Part shown: positions 36,456-50,770 of the stretch, in pieces | How the letters are laid out: every line of letters starts with the position of its first letter | Position numbering within the stretch: position 1 is the first letter of the stretch | Assembly (NCBI GenBank): GCA_010909165.1 | Contig: VJWM01000266.1 | Span: 1 to 64,000 of the forward strand | Length of the DNA: 64,000 nucleotides | DNA from: Anthoceros angustus | Lineage: Eukaryota; Plantae; Anthocerotophyta | Reading direction: 5' to 3' | Made by a program: the position numbers and the translations under genes | The notes under the pieces: model-generated | Told to the model about the DNA's origin: nothing | The model's database searches: none | The model's input: the letters and a program-made list of their open reading frames with translations, nothing else

Positions 36456-37989
36456 TTGTGGTGGCTTGCGTGATCCTATCCGGGTGTGGGGCGCCACGTC
36501 CCCGCGCGATCCCTATCGTGGGACTACCATGTCCCATGGTGGGCGATCCGGCTTGGGGCGCCATGTCCCATGTCTGGGGCGGTCTTGGCAACCTCGGATG
36601 CGTTGGTTCGGTGAGCCACCCAAACCTGTAATCACGCTTCGCGAAGGGCGTGGTGGCGTGCAGGCGGCGGAGAACTCTGAATCGTGCACCAGCGAGGGCG
36701 CCTCTAGAAGAAGAAAAGAAAAAGCGGGGTCGGAATCCGAGGATGAAGAGCCCTCGGAAGGAGACACGGGGTTGCCGGAGGAAGAGGAGGAACCTGCGAA
36801 GGAATAAGAAGAAAAAGCCCGCGATTAAGCGGAGGTCGAGAAGAAGGAGGTCGTGATGCCGGTAGAGTCCCTTTGATCAACCTTTGAAAGTAGCGGGGTT
36901 GAGGAAGATGCAGGCAGGTAATGAAGAGGGTGGAAGAATTGATGATCAACGGTGAAGAGCGAGAAGAGCGGCACACCTGATTCGGACCCATCTGGTGTGC
37001 GGTGTGCCACCGGCATGGGCATTCAAGGCTAGCGCCTCCGGACCCGTAAACCAAGTGGAATGCGACTACGGGAAGAGTCAGGAAGCGGTGGGAGGCGCGT
37101 ACCAAGTGCGGAAGCACCGCCGGCGGCGATATCCCAGGCGATGTACCCTCGGCGGACCATCCAGCATCGACCCCAGGTCGGCCATAGGAGCCTCAGGAAT
37201 TCTCGGGCGGTGGTGCTTGGCTTGGGGAACCGGGCACTACTCCAATGGTGCCCATACCCCACTCGGCAAGGTAGCAGATTTTGAGCGCCTGTCTGTGAGG
37301 CGAGGACACATGGCGGGCGGTACCACGCCAGAACCCTCGCTCGGGCGGTGCGCTATGCCACCCGGTGGAAACCCCCACTCGCCCCTCTCCCTAAGACCGC
37401 GGTGCTCTGATTGAAGATGCAGTGGCGGAGTGGGAAGGCGCCAAGGAACTTGGGCGGAGTGGTGCAGGCGGGTTCGGCTAAGGAGGAGAAGGTAGACACG
37501 AGGTCTTGGGTGTCAACGAACCGCCGGAAGGAGGCGAAAGGAGAGAAGGCGTTAAGAGGAAGAAAAATGGAAGCACCACGGATACGGAGGCGGGACTCTC
37601 GCGAAGGAGGAGATACACTTCAAACCCGGTAGGAGGCGAGTTGAATCGACAGCTCTGCGGAGGAATCACCCGACCAGAAACCTCACAGCGATAGTAGAAG
37701 CGGACCCACCAACACCCGGTTTCCACGGATGTGGTTGAAGTGGCGGAGATGCTTGAGGAGATCAGCGGGACGAGTGGCCGGCCACAGCGGGGCAGTGGCG
37801 GGCGTTGGAAGAATCACAGCGGACGACTCGGCGAGCCACGCCCTTCAAGGTGGCGGATGATGGACCAACAACACTGGTGTCACTCGGGCAGTTGTTGAGA
37901 CAATCAGTATCGGCGAAGTCGAGGGCCATCAGGAGACACAACCAAAACGCCTCGGGTCGTAGGACCAGAACATGGAGGTAAGAGTGGTA

Positions 37990-39350
37990 TCTCATACGGA
38001 CCGGGCGGTGGTTGAGGTCTGAGTGCGTGATTAAGCGTACCCACGGACACGTTGAGTCAACCTCATCACGGAGGCCACGGCAAAGGCGGTTGGGTTCACG
38101 GCATTTGAGCCATCCACCAAAACCCTCGGGATGGCGGACATGTCCTGGCAGCGGGGAGTTGTCGAGTCAAGCAACCATAGCGGGGCACCTACACATTGGA
38201 CTTCGTGGTCATCAAGCCGCGGACCTCTCAGTGCGAGTCTTGTTGGGGCGTCCACGGCGGGACTCGCTCGGACAAAACTACACTTGGAAGGAATGCACTT
38301 CAAACCCGGGCGGGATCGAAGGTAAGGGAGGGGCGGTGGCGATCACAGGAGCAAGGACACCTCTGCGGAGAGCACCCGGAGGGTACACCTCCGCGAAGTG
38401 GGGACGATGAGCGAGGATCGAATGATGACTACCCTTTCCAAAAATCTAGGTAGTCGAAGAGAGATGGACTACGAAGGGACACTTTTGGGCGGAGGTGGTC
38501 ATGTTTGAGTGAGGCGCGCCTAGCCGGAGGGCGAGGCAGGGAGACCCACGAGCGGTGGAGGACCAGAAAAGTGACCCGGTTTACCTCGACGAGCTTTTGA
38601 GTGGGGATGCGTGAGGATGAACCCCGGATGGAGGATGGCGGCTTTGGGCGTAGCGAGGAAGGGAGGCGGTCAATCAGCGATGTGGAAGGCGTGGAGGTCC
38701 GGGAAAATTCTAAAATTCCGCAAGGATATGCCGGTGAGTTGAGCGAGACCTCACGATTGTTGGGGAATTCGGTGAGTGTTTGCTTTCAAGGTCACGGATA
38801 TGAAAGGCATTAGAAGCGATTGGGGCGAACATCGGATAGACTGAAGCGGGAGGCGGTGCTGTTCGGATTACGATGCCCGAATCCCAAGCACTCGCTCAAG
38901 GTCAAGGAGGTCTGGACAAATATTTGGGCGGACATCATCTTTCCAATCGTAAGCAATGAATGGGTAGCACCCATCGTCGTCGTGCCCAAAAAAAAGCAGC
39001 AAGGCGGTCCGTGTCTATCGGATTGGAGGAAACTCAGCGCTGAAGGACCATTTCCCCATGCCCTTCGTGGTGACATCTTGGACAAGGTGGCGGGAGATGC
39101 CTCCTTCTTGGATGGATACTCGGCTGCAACCAGCGCACCTAAGTCGGTGGGATAAGACAACGTTCACCACGGAGTGAGGCAGCGCTTAAGCAGCGCCTTG
39201 GATGGCGCCGGATCATTCATGCGGATGGTGACCAACGTCTTGAGGATTTTCGGAGGACTTCATGGAGGTATTCTGGGCGACTTTTGCGTACATGGAGAGA
39301 ATAAAACACGTTGGGCACTGCGGAAGTGCTTGGGCGTTGTAAGGAAACCC
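37990..39350 (+). pseudogene. Element D protease and RT
   Basis: VNLITEATAKAVGF...LDFVVIKP...VLLGRP; IIFPIVSNEWVAPIVVVPKK...DWRKL...FP...DILDKVAG..SFLDGYS; KTTFTTE; FMRMVTNV; FMEVF. Confidence 0.85.
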
Positions 39351-39354
39351 GGTG

Positions 39355-42300
39355 AGACCCATGAGACTTGTGTGAAAGTTCGAGGCCTTGCGATAAGATC
39401 GCTACTGCGAGACACAACTTCTCGACCTTCTAAGCGGGGCAAGGCGCCCTCTACTCACCCTCTTCAGTAGTGCACTTGCTTGCTCAAAAACTACCAATCC
39501 CGACCTACAGCGACACACACAATTGCAGGTCACGCCTTAGCGGAGCCTATCACGGCGGGGACCCCCAGTCCACACCGCAATTTCGTCCCTACTTCTAAGA
39601 CCACTCTTCTCCACTCGGGGCGCTCTTTTACTTGCAGTTGGGATTCGTCCCTTAGGCTCTGTGGCCTTCCACTAACTACACTCTAATCCTCTACTCATCT
39701 CCTCATCCTCTTCCTCCTATTCTAACCTCGATTCGGGCTTCTGACTCGCCCTTACGGCTGGCTGCAGGTCGGCCTCCACCGCAAGTTCTTCCTTGGGCGG
39801 TTGCTATGAGTTTGACACGGCAGGAACCTCCGAGTCTTTCCTGTAGTCTACCCTCAAGAGTTCCACAGGCATTGCCACACACCCAAAGCAAAGCAATTTC
39901 ACAACCATTCACAAGGGAGCAACTCGTTTAGGCACTTGCGTGAGCAAGTCCTCCACCAAGCACTCGACCACGCGACTTCCTCTCTGCAGACTGCGTTGGC
40001 TCACGGTAGGCACAAAATTCCTCTGTAATGGCAAAGGACTCGAGTATGGGCGCAAGGCGTGATACTTTACTTTGTGAAATCCTCCTCCTCTTATAGGAGG
40101 CCTTCCACATACAACCTCCCTTGGGTGACCCTCTGCAGGTCACCTTTTCCAATATTCTATTATTTCCTACGACATTTAAGGCACCTAAAGTCGGTGGGAT
40201 AAGACAACGTTCACCACGGAGTGAGGCTCGCTTAAGCGCGCCTTGGGATAGCGGGCGCCGGATCATTCATGCGGATGGTGACCAACGTCTTGAGGATTTT
40301 CGGAGGACTTCATGGAGGTATTCTGGGCGACTTTTGCGTACATGGAGAGGAAGACACGTTGGGCACTGCGGAAGTGCTTGGGCGTTGTAAAGGTGAGACC
40401 CATGAGACTTGTGTGAAAGTTCGAGGCCTTGCGATGGCAGGTCGCTACTGCGAGAACCTGACTTCGACCTTCTAAGCGGGCAAGGCGCCCTCTACTCACC
40501 CTCTTCACGGTGCGCCACTTGCCTTGCTCCAAAAACTACCAATCCCGACCTACAACACACAATTGCAGGTCACGCCTTAGCGGCGAGCTATCACGGCGAG
40601 GACCCCACAGTCCACACCGCAATTTCGTCCCTACTTCTAAGACCACTCTTCTCCACTCGGGGCGCTCTTTTACTTGCAGTTGGGATTCGTCCCTTAGGCT
40701 CACATGCCTTCCTTCGCCTACACTCTAATCCTCTACTCATCTCCTCATCCTCTTCCTCCTATTCTAACCTCGATTCGGGCTTCCCGACTGCCCCTTACGG
40801 CTGGCCCGCACAGTCGGCCTCCACCGCAAGTTCTTCCTTGGGCGGTTGCTATGAGTTTGACACGGCGAGAACCTCCGAGTCTTTCCTGTAGTCTACCCTC
40901 AAGCCGAGTTCACAGGCATTGCCACACACCCAAAATAAAGCAATTTCACAGCAACCATTCACAAGCAACTCGTTTAGGCACTTGCGTGAGCAAGTCCTCC
41001 ACCAAGCACTCAGACCACGCGACTTCCTCTCTACGAGACTGCGTTGGCTCACGGTAGGCACGAAATTCCTCTGTAATGGCAAAGGACTCGAGTATGGGCG
41101 CAAGGCGTGATACTTTACTTTTGAAATCCTCCTCCTCTTATAGGAGGAGGCCCATACAACCTCCCTTGGGTGACCCTCTGCGGTCACCTTTTCCAATATT
41201 CTATTATTTCCTACCGCATTTAAGGCACGGCATCTAATCTCTTTATGCGATCCTTGGTAAATTCTATTCTAGCAACTTCACCTAAGATCATCCTTAAAGG
41301 ATGTCGACACTTACCTATCCTTCTATTCTACTCAACATTTATGGTCTTTGACCATTCTAGTCCTTCATCCTTGGGGTGGCGGCGTGTTCCTTGTGGATTG
41401 GCTCCCTCGCCCTCCTTTTGCTCTGTCCCTTCCCGGATCTTGTCTTCCTAATGTGTGGGGCAAGTACAATCTGCCCCTTCCTTCAATTCTGGTGGCGCCC
41501 AATTCTCCTCCCCTTCCTCCATCTCGGTGGCGCCCGTTCATCGCACCCTACGCGGTAGTCGCCCCTTTCTCCAGCCTCCGCTGGTCGCGCCCGTTTATCG
41601 CACCCTACGCGGTAGTCGGCGGACTACGGGGTAGGTGACCTACCATGGTAGTCGCCCCTTTCTCCTTCCTTCCTTCTCCATCGGTGAGGACTTGGTCAAG
41701 ATCTCCATTGCTCTTTCTTGTTTGATTTGTCCATACCTACCATAGAGCATCTTCAAAGTCTTCATCCCCATTGTGCGGATCTCTTACTAATCCTTGGGCC
41801 TTTTTTTTGGGCTCCTCTCCTCGGGCCCTTCCCTTGCTCGTGGGGGGGGTCCTTACCCTCCCCTTCCTCGGATCTAATCCGTCTCTCTCGGTGGGGTTGT
41901 CTCCCACCACCTCAGTCTCCTCAGGGGCATACTCGGACCCCGGCTCCTTCATCCTCGGCCCGGGCCTCCGGCCCGACTCCCCAGGCTCGCCCGCGCCTAC
42001 CCGGTGGTCTGGCGGACTACGGGGTGGTACGCAGTGGTCAGCGGACTACCGTGGTGTTACCAGTGATGCAGCGGACTACGTGGTGTGTCACCATGGTAGG
42101 TGACCCCGGAGGAGGTCCCCCTCCTGCGCCATCTTCTACCTTTGGCTGCGGCCTCCTCTCTGTCTCCTCGGACTCCTCAGTCCATGTCCTCGATGGCCTC
42201 ATCAAAATCGGAGGCCTGGCTGCACTTTCTGCGGCTCCTTCCATCATCATGAGGACCCAATGTCCTCCTCTTGGCCAAGCAATACTTCATTGTTGGCCTT

Positions 42301-44977
42301 CAAAATCTATTGTGGAGGTGAGCCCCAAGCTATGATATTGCATTTGGAGATCATCAATCTCAGTGGGCCACTCTCCATCTTCACACCTACCTTGTAGGCA
42401 TCTCCTTGTGGTCAATTCTCCCACCTTGACATGGAGGTTACATTCTCCTCCCTTGTTTCCCTCAATTTGGTTGGCCATTTTGCGAAGGGCATAGTCCAAA
42501 ATCTTCTTCCTTACTACCCGGCATCACATGCACCACCTTCTTGTGGTGCTCCTCCTCTTGGAACCTCCTTTGTTCCAATTCGGCTTGGCAAGCCTCTCCT
42601 TCTCACTTGCCAGCATTCTTCTCGCGCTCGCTCCTGCAATTCTTGGTCTTGAGCTCCTTGCTCCAGCGCTTCTCCTCCAATTATCTGGGTCCTCCAATTC
42701 TTCCTCCATGTCCGGATCTTGATGGCTTGGGTAGCCATCACTGCTCTGGCGTCCATTTCTTTGGACGCTACCTTCTCCTTCCTAGAGCCTCCGTTTTGCC
42801 CTTCGTTCTTGCTCTAATTGGGCAAAATGCTCCTCCTACATGCCTCCAAGAGTCCCTTTGGGTTGTTGCGAATGGCTCTCTCTCTTGTGACAACCTTCCC
42901 TCAGGACCTTCTCCGTGGTTGATCCACAAGGTGGCTGGAGCTTCTCTGACCTTCTCAACTTGGCTGCCTTCTCGTCGGACTCCATGGCCTCCAATTGCCA
43001 TTTGGTCCTGCTCTCCTCGGTCATGTCTTGGGCTTTGACTTCCTCTTGCATGCCCACAAGGAGGCTGCTAGCTCCTAGCCCCTTCAAAATCCACATGGTG
43101 AGTGCTTCACAAGCACTCGGCAATTCTCTAGGGTCCTAATTCCACCCTGTCCTCTTGCTGGAAATTTCCAGCTCTCCTGCTCCGGGCCATCAGCGGCGTG
43201 GGTCCCCTCACCGTCGCTCCATCCGCTCTCCCCCCAGTATGGCGGTGGGCGCGCGGCCTCATGTTGCTTCTCCTTCCCTTCCTACCATGGTGCCACCTTC
43301 TGGCGTGGGGTGCCTACAGCGGTGGTGCTCCCGGTGATGCGCCTACCTAGGTGGTGCCCCCCCTTGATGCCTCCCGGTGGGGTGCTGGGTGCCTCTTCCT
43401 AGGCACAAATGAGATGGTGGGGACTCCCCACCCTTGGGGCATCACCCCTCTGTGGTCCTCCTCTCATAGACTACCATTCGGCCTTCTCTCGGTTCTCCTC
43501 CTCCTCCCCAGCTTGTGGGGAAAGATTCCCACTCGGCAACCTTGTTGCCTCTACTTCCCTCGCCCTTGCTCCATGCTTGTGGAGTCGACCTCCCATGTCT
43601 TCCTCAATGCAAAGGCAAGGCCTTTCCAAGCTTGGCTGGAGATGAATTATCTCCGAAGGATGCCAAGCATCTTCCAACTCCTTGCTTGTGAGAAGTCCCT
43701 CGTTTCCCACAAATGCACCAAATAGGTGCTAAGGTAGCAGCCTTGGCCCTTCCTCATCCACTGAATTCGGCTTGAGGAGCTTCTCCCGGTGGTGGATGTA
43801 TGCTTCATACATAATTGTTCCCCAATCCGGCTTGGCTCCCATGGAAATCTTCCACAAAAATTGGAGGAAGTTGGTCTTTGAAATAAGTCCGTTGGTAATT
43901 ACCACACAATCTTTGCAAAGAGCCTCCACTTCAGCTCCTTGATGCTCTCTGTTTTCCAGCCATTCTTGGCGTGGGCCTTCACTCCTCCGTCCATCATGTC
44001 GAGGAACTCTTGCGGAATTTCGGAGAGGGCCGTCCTCTTCCCTCCATTCGACCTTTCGAGGAGAGCAATTCCGGAGCTCTCTTCCTCCGGTCTCCCATAC
44101 ACCTGCCGAATGCTCCTTACGGTCCAGCAGCGAGGATCCGTTCGAGCATTCCTTCGTGCGGCAAGGGGGCCTCGATTGATGGAGGTTGATGAACACTCCT
44201 CAATCAACTCCAAATTGGTGTAGGCCCATTGCGGCCATACACCCATCCCAATTGGATATTATCCTCCTCGCCTTGCATCCACTAAATCACGGGGTTGAGC
44301 TGCCACGCAAAACACGTAAATTGGGGCATTACAAGCTCATTTCCCCGGCGTAGCGACCTCTGCCTGCCTTCTTCCTGCCTCCTCGCGAGGAAGAACCCTT
44401 GGTGCTCCTTCCCTTGCCTTTCGGCTCGAGGCATGGTGCTTGGCTCCTCTCCAAGTGCTTCAAAAGGAAATTACTTCCCAGCAGAGCTTCAAATTCCACA
44501 CCTCGGCGCACCTCTTCCTTGTTGTGGTAACACGCTCTCCTGCAGCACGTTAGCCACAGTTTGAGTCTCGGTGCCACCAATTTCCTCGCGACTTCAGGCG
44601 GGCGCGCGGTGAAGCAATCGGGGGCTCCTTCCTGCTTTTTCGACTTCCTCAGTCCCCACACTTTCGATGCTCCAACCTATGTTTCCTGGCTTTAAACTCC
44701 GCCTCTGACACCCGGTTTGGCGCTCCTCACGGTTGCACCGAGCTCGAAAAAAAACTCCCACGCTCCAGGATGCTGGATGTCTTCCTCTTCAGCTCCGCCA
44801 CGCTCAGCTGGGGCTCTCTCTCTTTCCTCATTTCGCCGTCTTCTTCTTGTCGACGGCAGCGGCGATGGCGATGATCTACACTCTTCCTTCACTTTCTTCT
44901 CCTTCTCCTTACGTCCCAACGTCTGGAGAGGAGGCTAAAATCGCACTTTGCCCTCTTTAGATGCACCACACAGGCCT
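39355..44977 (-). mobile_element. Family C copy 2 nested in element D
   Basis: Homologous to 27900-33770. About 39136-40180 is duplicated at about 40181-41225, and the duplicated unit includes the D/C junction. Confidence 0.8.
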
Positions 44978-45435
44978 TGTAACCCTAGATTGGGTTTCCC
45001 ATTCCTAAATTCCTAATTTCCTATTTCCTACCCTATGCATATCCCGAATCAATTACCTTCTAATTAATCCTATTCACCTATTCCCTATTGGTGAGCATAT
45101 ATAGTGGATATCCCCCTATTCTAATTTCCTTTTTAGCGAGAGTTCGTCGACCTACGGTATGCAGCTTACATGTATGCTCCCTTTCTCAGCCTACGGCGTG
45201 GTGGCGACCTACGGTGGTAGTCTCGACCGACCTTTGGTTGCCCTCCGCCTCATAAAGCGGAGTGTTGAGGATTTTTCAGGATATCCTCGCTGCCTTCCTA
45301 ACTCTCAACTCCTACAACTCTACCTCCAAGCTTCTCATAAATTGCGAACACTGCACACCTTTTCAATTTAGCCAAAAAAATCAAATTTGTTCATCTCTTG
45401 GCTCTTTTGGGTGGTTGCCCAAACTTTTGCGTTCC
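44978..45435 (-). repeat. LTR1 variant (5' LTR of C copy 2)
   Basis: tgtaaccctagattggg ... aaacttttgcgttcc. More diverged than the other LTR1 copies. Confidence 0.8.
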
Positions 45436-47175
45436 GGTACCGAATTTGAAGGCTGAATTCACAGGCAAGTTATTACAGGCGGTTCATCCGAGGACTTGGC
45501 GCGCCAAGCTAGAGTTACTCGGGAAGGAGGAGGTGGACTTGGACACGAGAAAGGAGCGGCATTGAGAGATCTGAGACCACCACGATAAGCGCTCCGGTAT
45601 TAAAGGTCGGGTAGGCGATTCCATGTGTATGTAGATGTGTCCTTCGCCATCGGGTAGTGCTCGGCCAAAGGGCGACAAGCGGAGGATCATCCAATCTACT
45701 ATGGGAAGACGGCTCACGCATGCGGAGCAGTACACTACTACGGGCGAGAGGCATTGGGAATGGTATCTGTGGTCAAAATTAGGCACTACGCAGCGAGTTT
45801 GTGTTCTATCGATCACTTGCGCTCAAGCATCGGTGAATAAGCGGAGACAAGTGGTGCGAGGTGGATTCTGCTCGAGAGTTCACCTTTGAGGTGGAGACCG
45901 AGCAAGGAGGCAACACCAAAATCTTGACTTCTTGTCGAGGTTGAAGGCGGGCCGACCACAGCAGGATCGGGAGGATAACTTTCCGGACGAGGTGGTGGCA
46001 TGGAACCACGGGAGGAGGCGCGATCGAGAACCCCAAACTTGTGGACAGCATGTAGCGAAGCGAGAGAAGGCGGCGTGAGGCGGCCCACCTATGTGGTGAC
46101 ATGGGAGATGGAATTCCAAGTGGGTTAAGCATTGCCCAGCAACCTTTGTACACTACGCCCGGCCCGATGTACAGGATGTATCTTTAAGGTGGGACGGGGC
46201 GTGGGCGTGGTACCTTGACGAAGCGGAGGTAGTCATAAAAGGGATGCATGAAGGCACAGGCGGTGGCCATTATGCGGTCGGGTCACCAAGAAAATCTTGA
46301 GGCGGATCGGTGGCCCACCATGTGGAGCACGGTTGTAAGAGATGTGATGCTTGTCGGATCAGCACCCCCCACGATGCAATGGCTGGTGCCCATACTCGCG
46401 TGCTTGCGTTTGAGAAATGGGGTATCGACTTTCCGGACCTACTCGACCTCGACAAAGCACACGGAAGAGGTACATCACGGTGGCGGACTCACATGCCGGT
46501 GGGTGGGCGGTGACAACAGGGCCGGACTCTGCAAGCACGGTGGCAAAGTTCCTATAGAACATCATCACGGTATGGGTGCGTTGCGGTTGGTAAGTGATAG
46601 GGAACTCATTTCTCAATGATGTGATAAGCGCAATGACGGACTATTTGGTATAACTCATCGAGCGGCCCCCCACCGAGGCCAATGGGTTAGGAAGACCAGC
46701 GGACTTATCGCATCTGAATAAGCTTACGGTTAACTATGTCATGGCGAGATACCCGCTACCATTCGCGCTATGGGCCGGGGCGGAGAAGGTAACTCTAGCG
46801 AACTCCGTATTACTTAACCTATGGGCATTCGCCGGTTATGCTGTGGAGTTTGAGGTACCCAGCGCTCGAGTCATGATGGAGGGGCGTTTAACGGATGAAA
46901 AGCCAAGCCGGGAAGCGCTAGGGTTTGTCCGGCCTCACGGAAGGGCGAGGCGCGATGCAAGCGGTATAAAATCGGCGGAAGCTATGGCACGGCCGGCGAC
47001 TCCATAGCGGGAGTATGTGAAGGAGGGATGCTCTTGACGTTGATATGCACTTCGGGCAAGCTTCACTTGCGATGGATGGGGCCTTACCGGTGGTGCGGTC
47101 TGCGAATGGGTCCGTTCAACTCCGGCTAGATGGTGTTGCCCACGGGTAAATGGGTGGAGGTGAAGTACCATACCT
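45436..47175 (+). pseudogene. Element D connection, RNase H and integrase
   Basis: YYRRFIRG, HVYVDV, YTTT(E)RE, FRHY, CKRCDAC, AFEKWGIDF, VSDRGTHF, KLHLRWMGPY..NGSVQL..RVNG. Confidence 0.85.
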
Positions 47176-47195
47176 AGTGTTGGCGGAGGCATAGC

Positions 47196-47210
47196 AGATG
47201 AGAAGGGAGT
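47196..47210 (+). promoter_or_regulatory. Polypurine tract of element D
   Basis: agatgagaagggagt followed by a tgtggacagg LTR start at 47212. Repeated at about 48226-48242. Confidence 0.75.
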
Positions 47211-47211
47211 A

Positions 47212-50200
47212 TGTGGACAGGACTCTCCTTGGGGTTAGGAAATAAGTGGTGTTTTGTTTTCGTAGGTATGGAGTGTAAAATAAAGGCGGAAAGAGGCGGA
47301 AGAAGCACGGTACTCGGGCCTCAGTGCCTCGGACTCCGGGTAGGTAATGGACCTTGGGCCCCACTCCATGAGACCTCGGACTCGCTGCCGAGTATCGGGA
47401 TAAGTCCGGACCCCACTCCGGGTCAAAGCAGGATAAGCCATAGTAAAGTAACTTAGAAGTTAGGCGGAAGTTGGGCAGGCGGTGCCACGTGGGCCAGTCT
47501 TGAGAGGAGGGGCATGCGGAGACGGGACCGAGGTTGCAGTGGCGTTATGGCGGTATTCACGCTCAGTGCATTCGGGCGTAAGGTTAAATCCTCGTAAGGC
47601 GATAAGCGGGAGGCGTAAGGCGGGAGTAGGCCATGCGGACCTCGGCGGTTAAGGCGAAGGACACCCTCCCGCTCGCGACTACTCCGGCGTCGCGGCACGG
47701 AGGTGACCATTTCTCTTTGATCGCGATTTTGCGGTCTCGCGCTCACCACCTCTGGCGCTATCTCTTGAGCACCCAGGCACCTTGGCTCACCTTCATGGTT
47801 GGCGGCAGCGAAGCGGCGATTATCACAGACAATTGCTTACGGCGGAGAACTCGCGAACTCCGTATTACTTAACCTATGGGCATTCGCCGGTTATGCATGG
47901 AGTTTGAGGTACCGCGCTCGGTCATGATGGAGGGGCGTTTAACGGATGAAAAGCTGGGCGCTAGGGTTTGTCCGTCGGAAGGGCGAAGGCGCGACATGCA
48001 GCGGTGGCTATGGCACGGCCGGCGACTCCATAGCGGAGTATGTGAAGGAGGGATCAGCCTTCTTGGCGGTCGCCATATGCACTTCGGGCAAGCCGCGATG
48101 GATGGGGCCTTACCGGTGGTGCGGTCTGCGAATGGGTCCGTTCAACTCGGCGGCTAGATGGTGGCTTGCCCACGGGTAAATGGGTGGAGGTGAAGTACCA
48201 TACCTAGTGTTGGCGGAGGCGTAGCAGATGAGAAGGGAGTATGTGGACAGGACTCTCCTTGGGGTTGAAATAAAAGCTGGGTTTGTTTTTTAGGTATGGA
48301 GTGTAAAATAGGCGGAAAGGCGGAAGAAGCACAGACGGTACTCCTGTACTCGGGCCTCCGGACTCCGGGTAGGTAATGGACCTTGAGCCCACTCAGGACC
48401 TCGGACTCCTTGCACGGAGTATCGGGATAAGTCCGGACCTCGGGTCAAAGCAGGATCATCCTTAAGTAACTTAGAAGTTAGGCGGAAGTTAGGCAGGCGG
48501 TGCCACGTGGGCCAGTGCTTGAGAGGCGGGCATGCACTACCCGAGCAGGTTGCGGTGCGTTATGGCGGTATTCACGCTCAGTCGATTCGGGCGTAAGGTT
48601 CGTCTGGTGGCGTAGGCGAGTAAGCGGGAGGCGTAAGGCGGAAGTAGGCCATGCGACCTCGGCGGTTAAGAGCGTGATCCACCGCGACTACTCCGGCGTC
48701 GCGGCTGGAGGTAACCATTTCTCTTTGTGGCCTCGCGATTTTGCGGTCTCGCGCTCGCCACCGCCCTCTGGCGCTATCTCTTGAGCACCCAGGCACCTTG
48801 GCTCACCTTCATGGTTGAGCAGCCAGCGAGGGGCAGCGCCCGATTATCACAGACAACTTGCGGAGAAGAAGGCGGCAATGGGACCCAGAAGGCGGCGGAA
48901 GTGTGAGCCACGCTGGTGGGGCCTTGTATCACCGGAGATATCCGACTTGGACCACATGGTTTGGACTTCCCTTGGGGTTAGGAAATAAGTGGTGTTTTGT
49001 TTTCGTAGGTCGAATAGTAAAATAAACGGAAAGGGAGAATAAGCACGGATGGCGCTCGGTGGGCTCGGAATATACTCGGACTCGGAGTGGGTAGCGGACC
49101 CGTACCACTATGGAGCTCCGGACTATTGCCGGGTGGGATAAGTCCGGACCTCCGGTCAAAGCAGGATAATCGCCGAGTAATTTAGAGTTGAGTCGTGAGG
49201 CGGACTAAGCGAGCCACGTGGGCCAGTCTGGTGGAGGTCGGGCATCGGGCCGGGGCCGTAGCCTTGCAGGGCGTTATAGCGGTATTCACGTCCCAGGCAT
49301 GCGGCGGTAAGTAAGGCGAGTCTGTGGCGGCGTAAATAGCAGTATCGGCGTAAGGTCGAGTAAGCCATAATGGACCTCTGATTCGGTGAGAGAGGCACCT
49401 TCGCCCTGATTACTTCCAGGCGTGGCGGCGAGGTCATTTCTGCGCGACCTCGAGACAATTCGATCTCTTCGCTCACCGGCTCTCTGGCGCTATCTCTTTG
49501 AATGCTCGGGCATCTTGGCCTTGCTCGTTGAGGTTGGAGCTGAGCGGGAGAGGCGCGCATCGTGTGGTCTCCGAAGCGACTCTGGCGAAGGGAGAAAGCG
49601 TGGCGCCCAAAAAGGCTCGGTCCAGGGCCATGGAACTGGTAAGCGCAACATTGTGACCGGCGCTCGGACTACGCCGGAGTAGCAGGATAAGTCCGGACCC
49701 CACTCGGGTCAAAGCAGGATAATCGCCGAGAAAGTAGAAGTTGGTGGGGCGAGACGGACTAAGCGAACCACGTGGGCCAGTCTGGTGGAGGTCGGGCATC
49801 GGGCCGGGGCCGTAGCCTTGCAGGGCGTTATAGCGGTATTCACGTCCCAGGCATGCGGCGGTAAGTAAGGCGAGTCTGTGGCGGCGTAAATAGCAGTATC
49901 GGCGTAAGGTCGAGTAAGCCATAATGGACCTCTGATTCGGTGAGAGAGGCACCTTCGCCCTGATTACTTCCAGGCGTGGCGGCGAGGTCATTTCTGCGCG
50001 ACCTCGAGACAATTCGATCTCTTCGCTCACCGGCTCTCTGGCGCTATCTCTTTGAATGCTCGGGCATCTTGGCCTTGCTCGTTGAGGTTGGAGCTGAGCG
50101 GGAGAGGCGCGCATCGTGTGGTCTCCGAAGCGACTCTGGCGAAGGGAGAAAGCGTGGCGCCCAAAAAGGCTCGGTCCAGGGCCATGGAACTGGTAAGCGC

Positions 50201-50770
50201 AACATTGTGACCGGCGCTCGGACTACGCCGGAGTAGCAGGATAAGTCAGGACCCACTCCGGGTCAAAGCAGGATAATCGCCGAGAAAGTAGAAGTTGGTG
50301 GGGCGAGACGGACTAAGCGAACCACGTGGGCCAGTCTGGTGGAGGTCGGGCATCACGGCGGGCCGTAGCCTTGCAGGGGGTTATAGCGGTATTCACGTCC
50401 CGCGTATGCGGCGGTAATAAGGCGAGTCTGTGGCGTAAGGCAGTATGCGGCGGCGTAAGGTCGAGTAAGCCATGCGGACCTCTGGCGATTCTGGACGGGG
50501 AGAGGCACCTTCAGCCTAGCCATTTACTTGGCAATGGCGGCCGAGGTCATTTCTGCGCGACCTCGAGACAATTCATAATCTCTTGCGCTCATAACCCGGC
50601 TCTCTGGCGCTATCTCTTTGAATGCTCGGGCATCTTGCGCCGGCTCACCGTGAGGTTGGAGCGTGACAGCAGAGGCGCGCCGGCGGTCTCCGGCAAGCGT
50701 CTGACGAAGGGAAAGCGGAGATCTGGAGCCATGGAACTGGTAAGCGCAACATTGTGACCGGCTATCCGGA
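47212..50770 (+). repeat. Tandem array of LTR3-like units (3' LTR of D and derivatives)
   Basis: Units start at 47212, 48242 and about 48957. A 554-bp period runs from about 49140 to 50760 (ORFs 49422..49682 and 49976..50236 are identical). Confidence 0.72.

Larger units (their letters stand above)
36600..47210 (+). mobile_element. Element D: Athila/Tat-type Ty3/gypsy interrupted by nested family C (39355-45435)
   Basis: gag-PR-RT lie left of the insertion, and the connection-RH-INT-GPY-PPT lie right of it, on the same strand and in the correct order. Confidence 0.82.
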
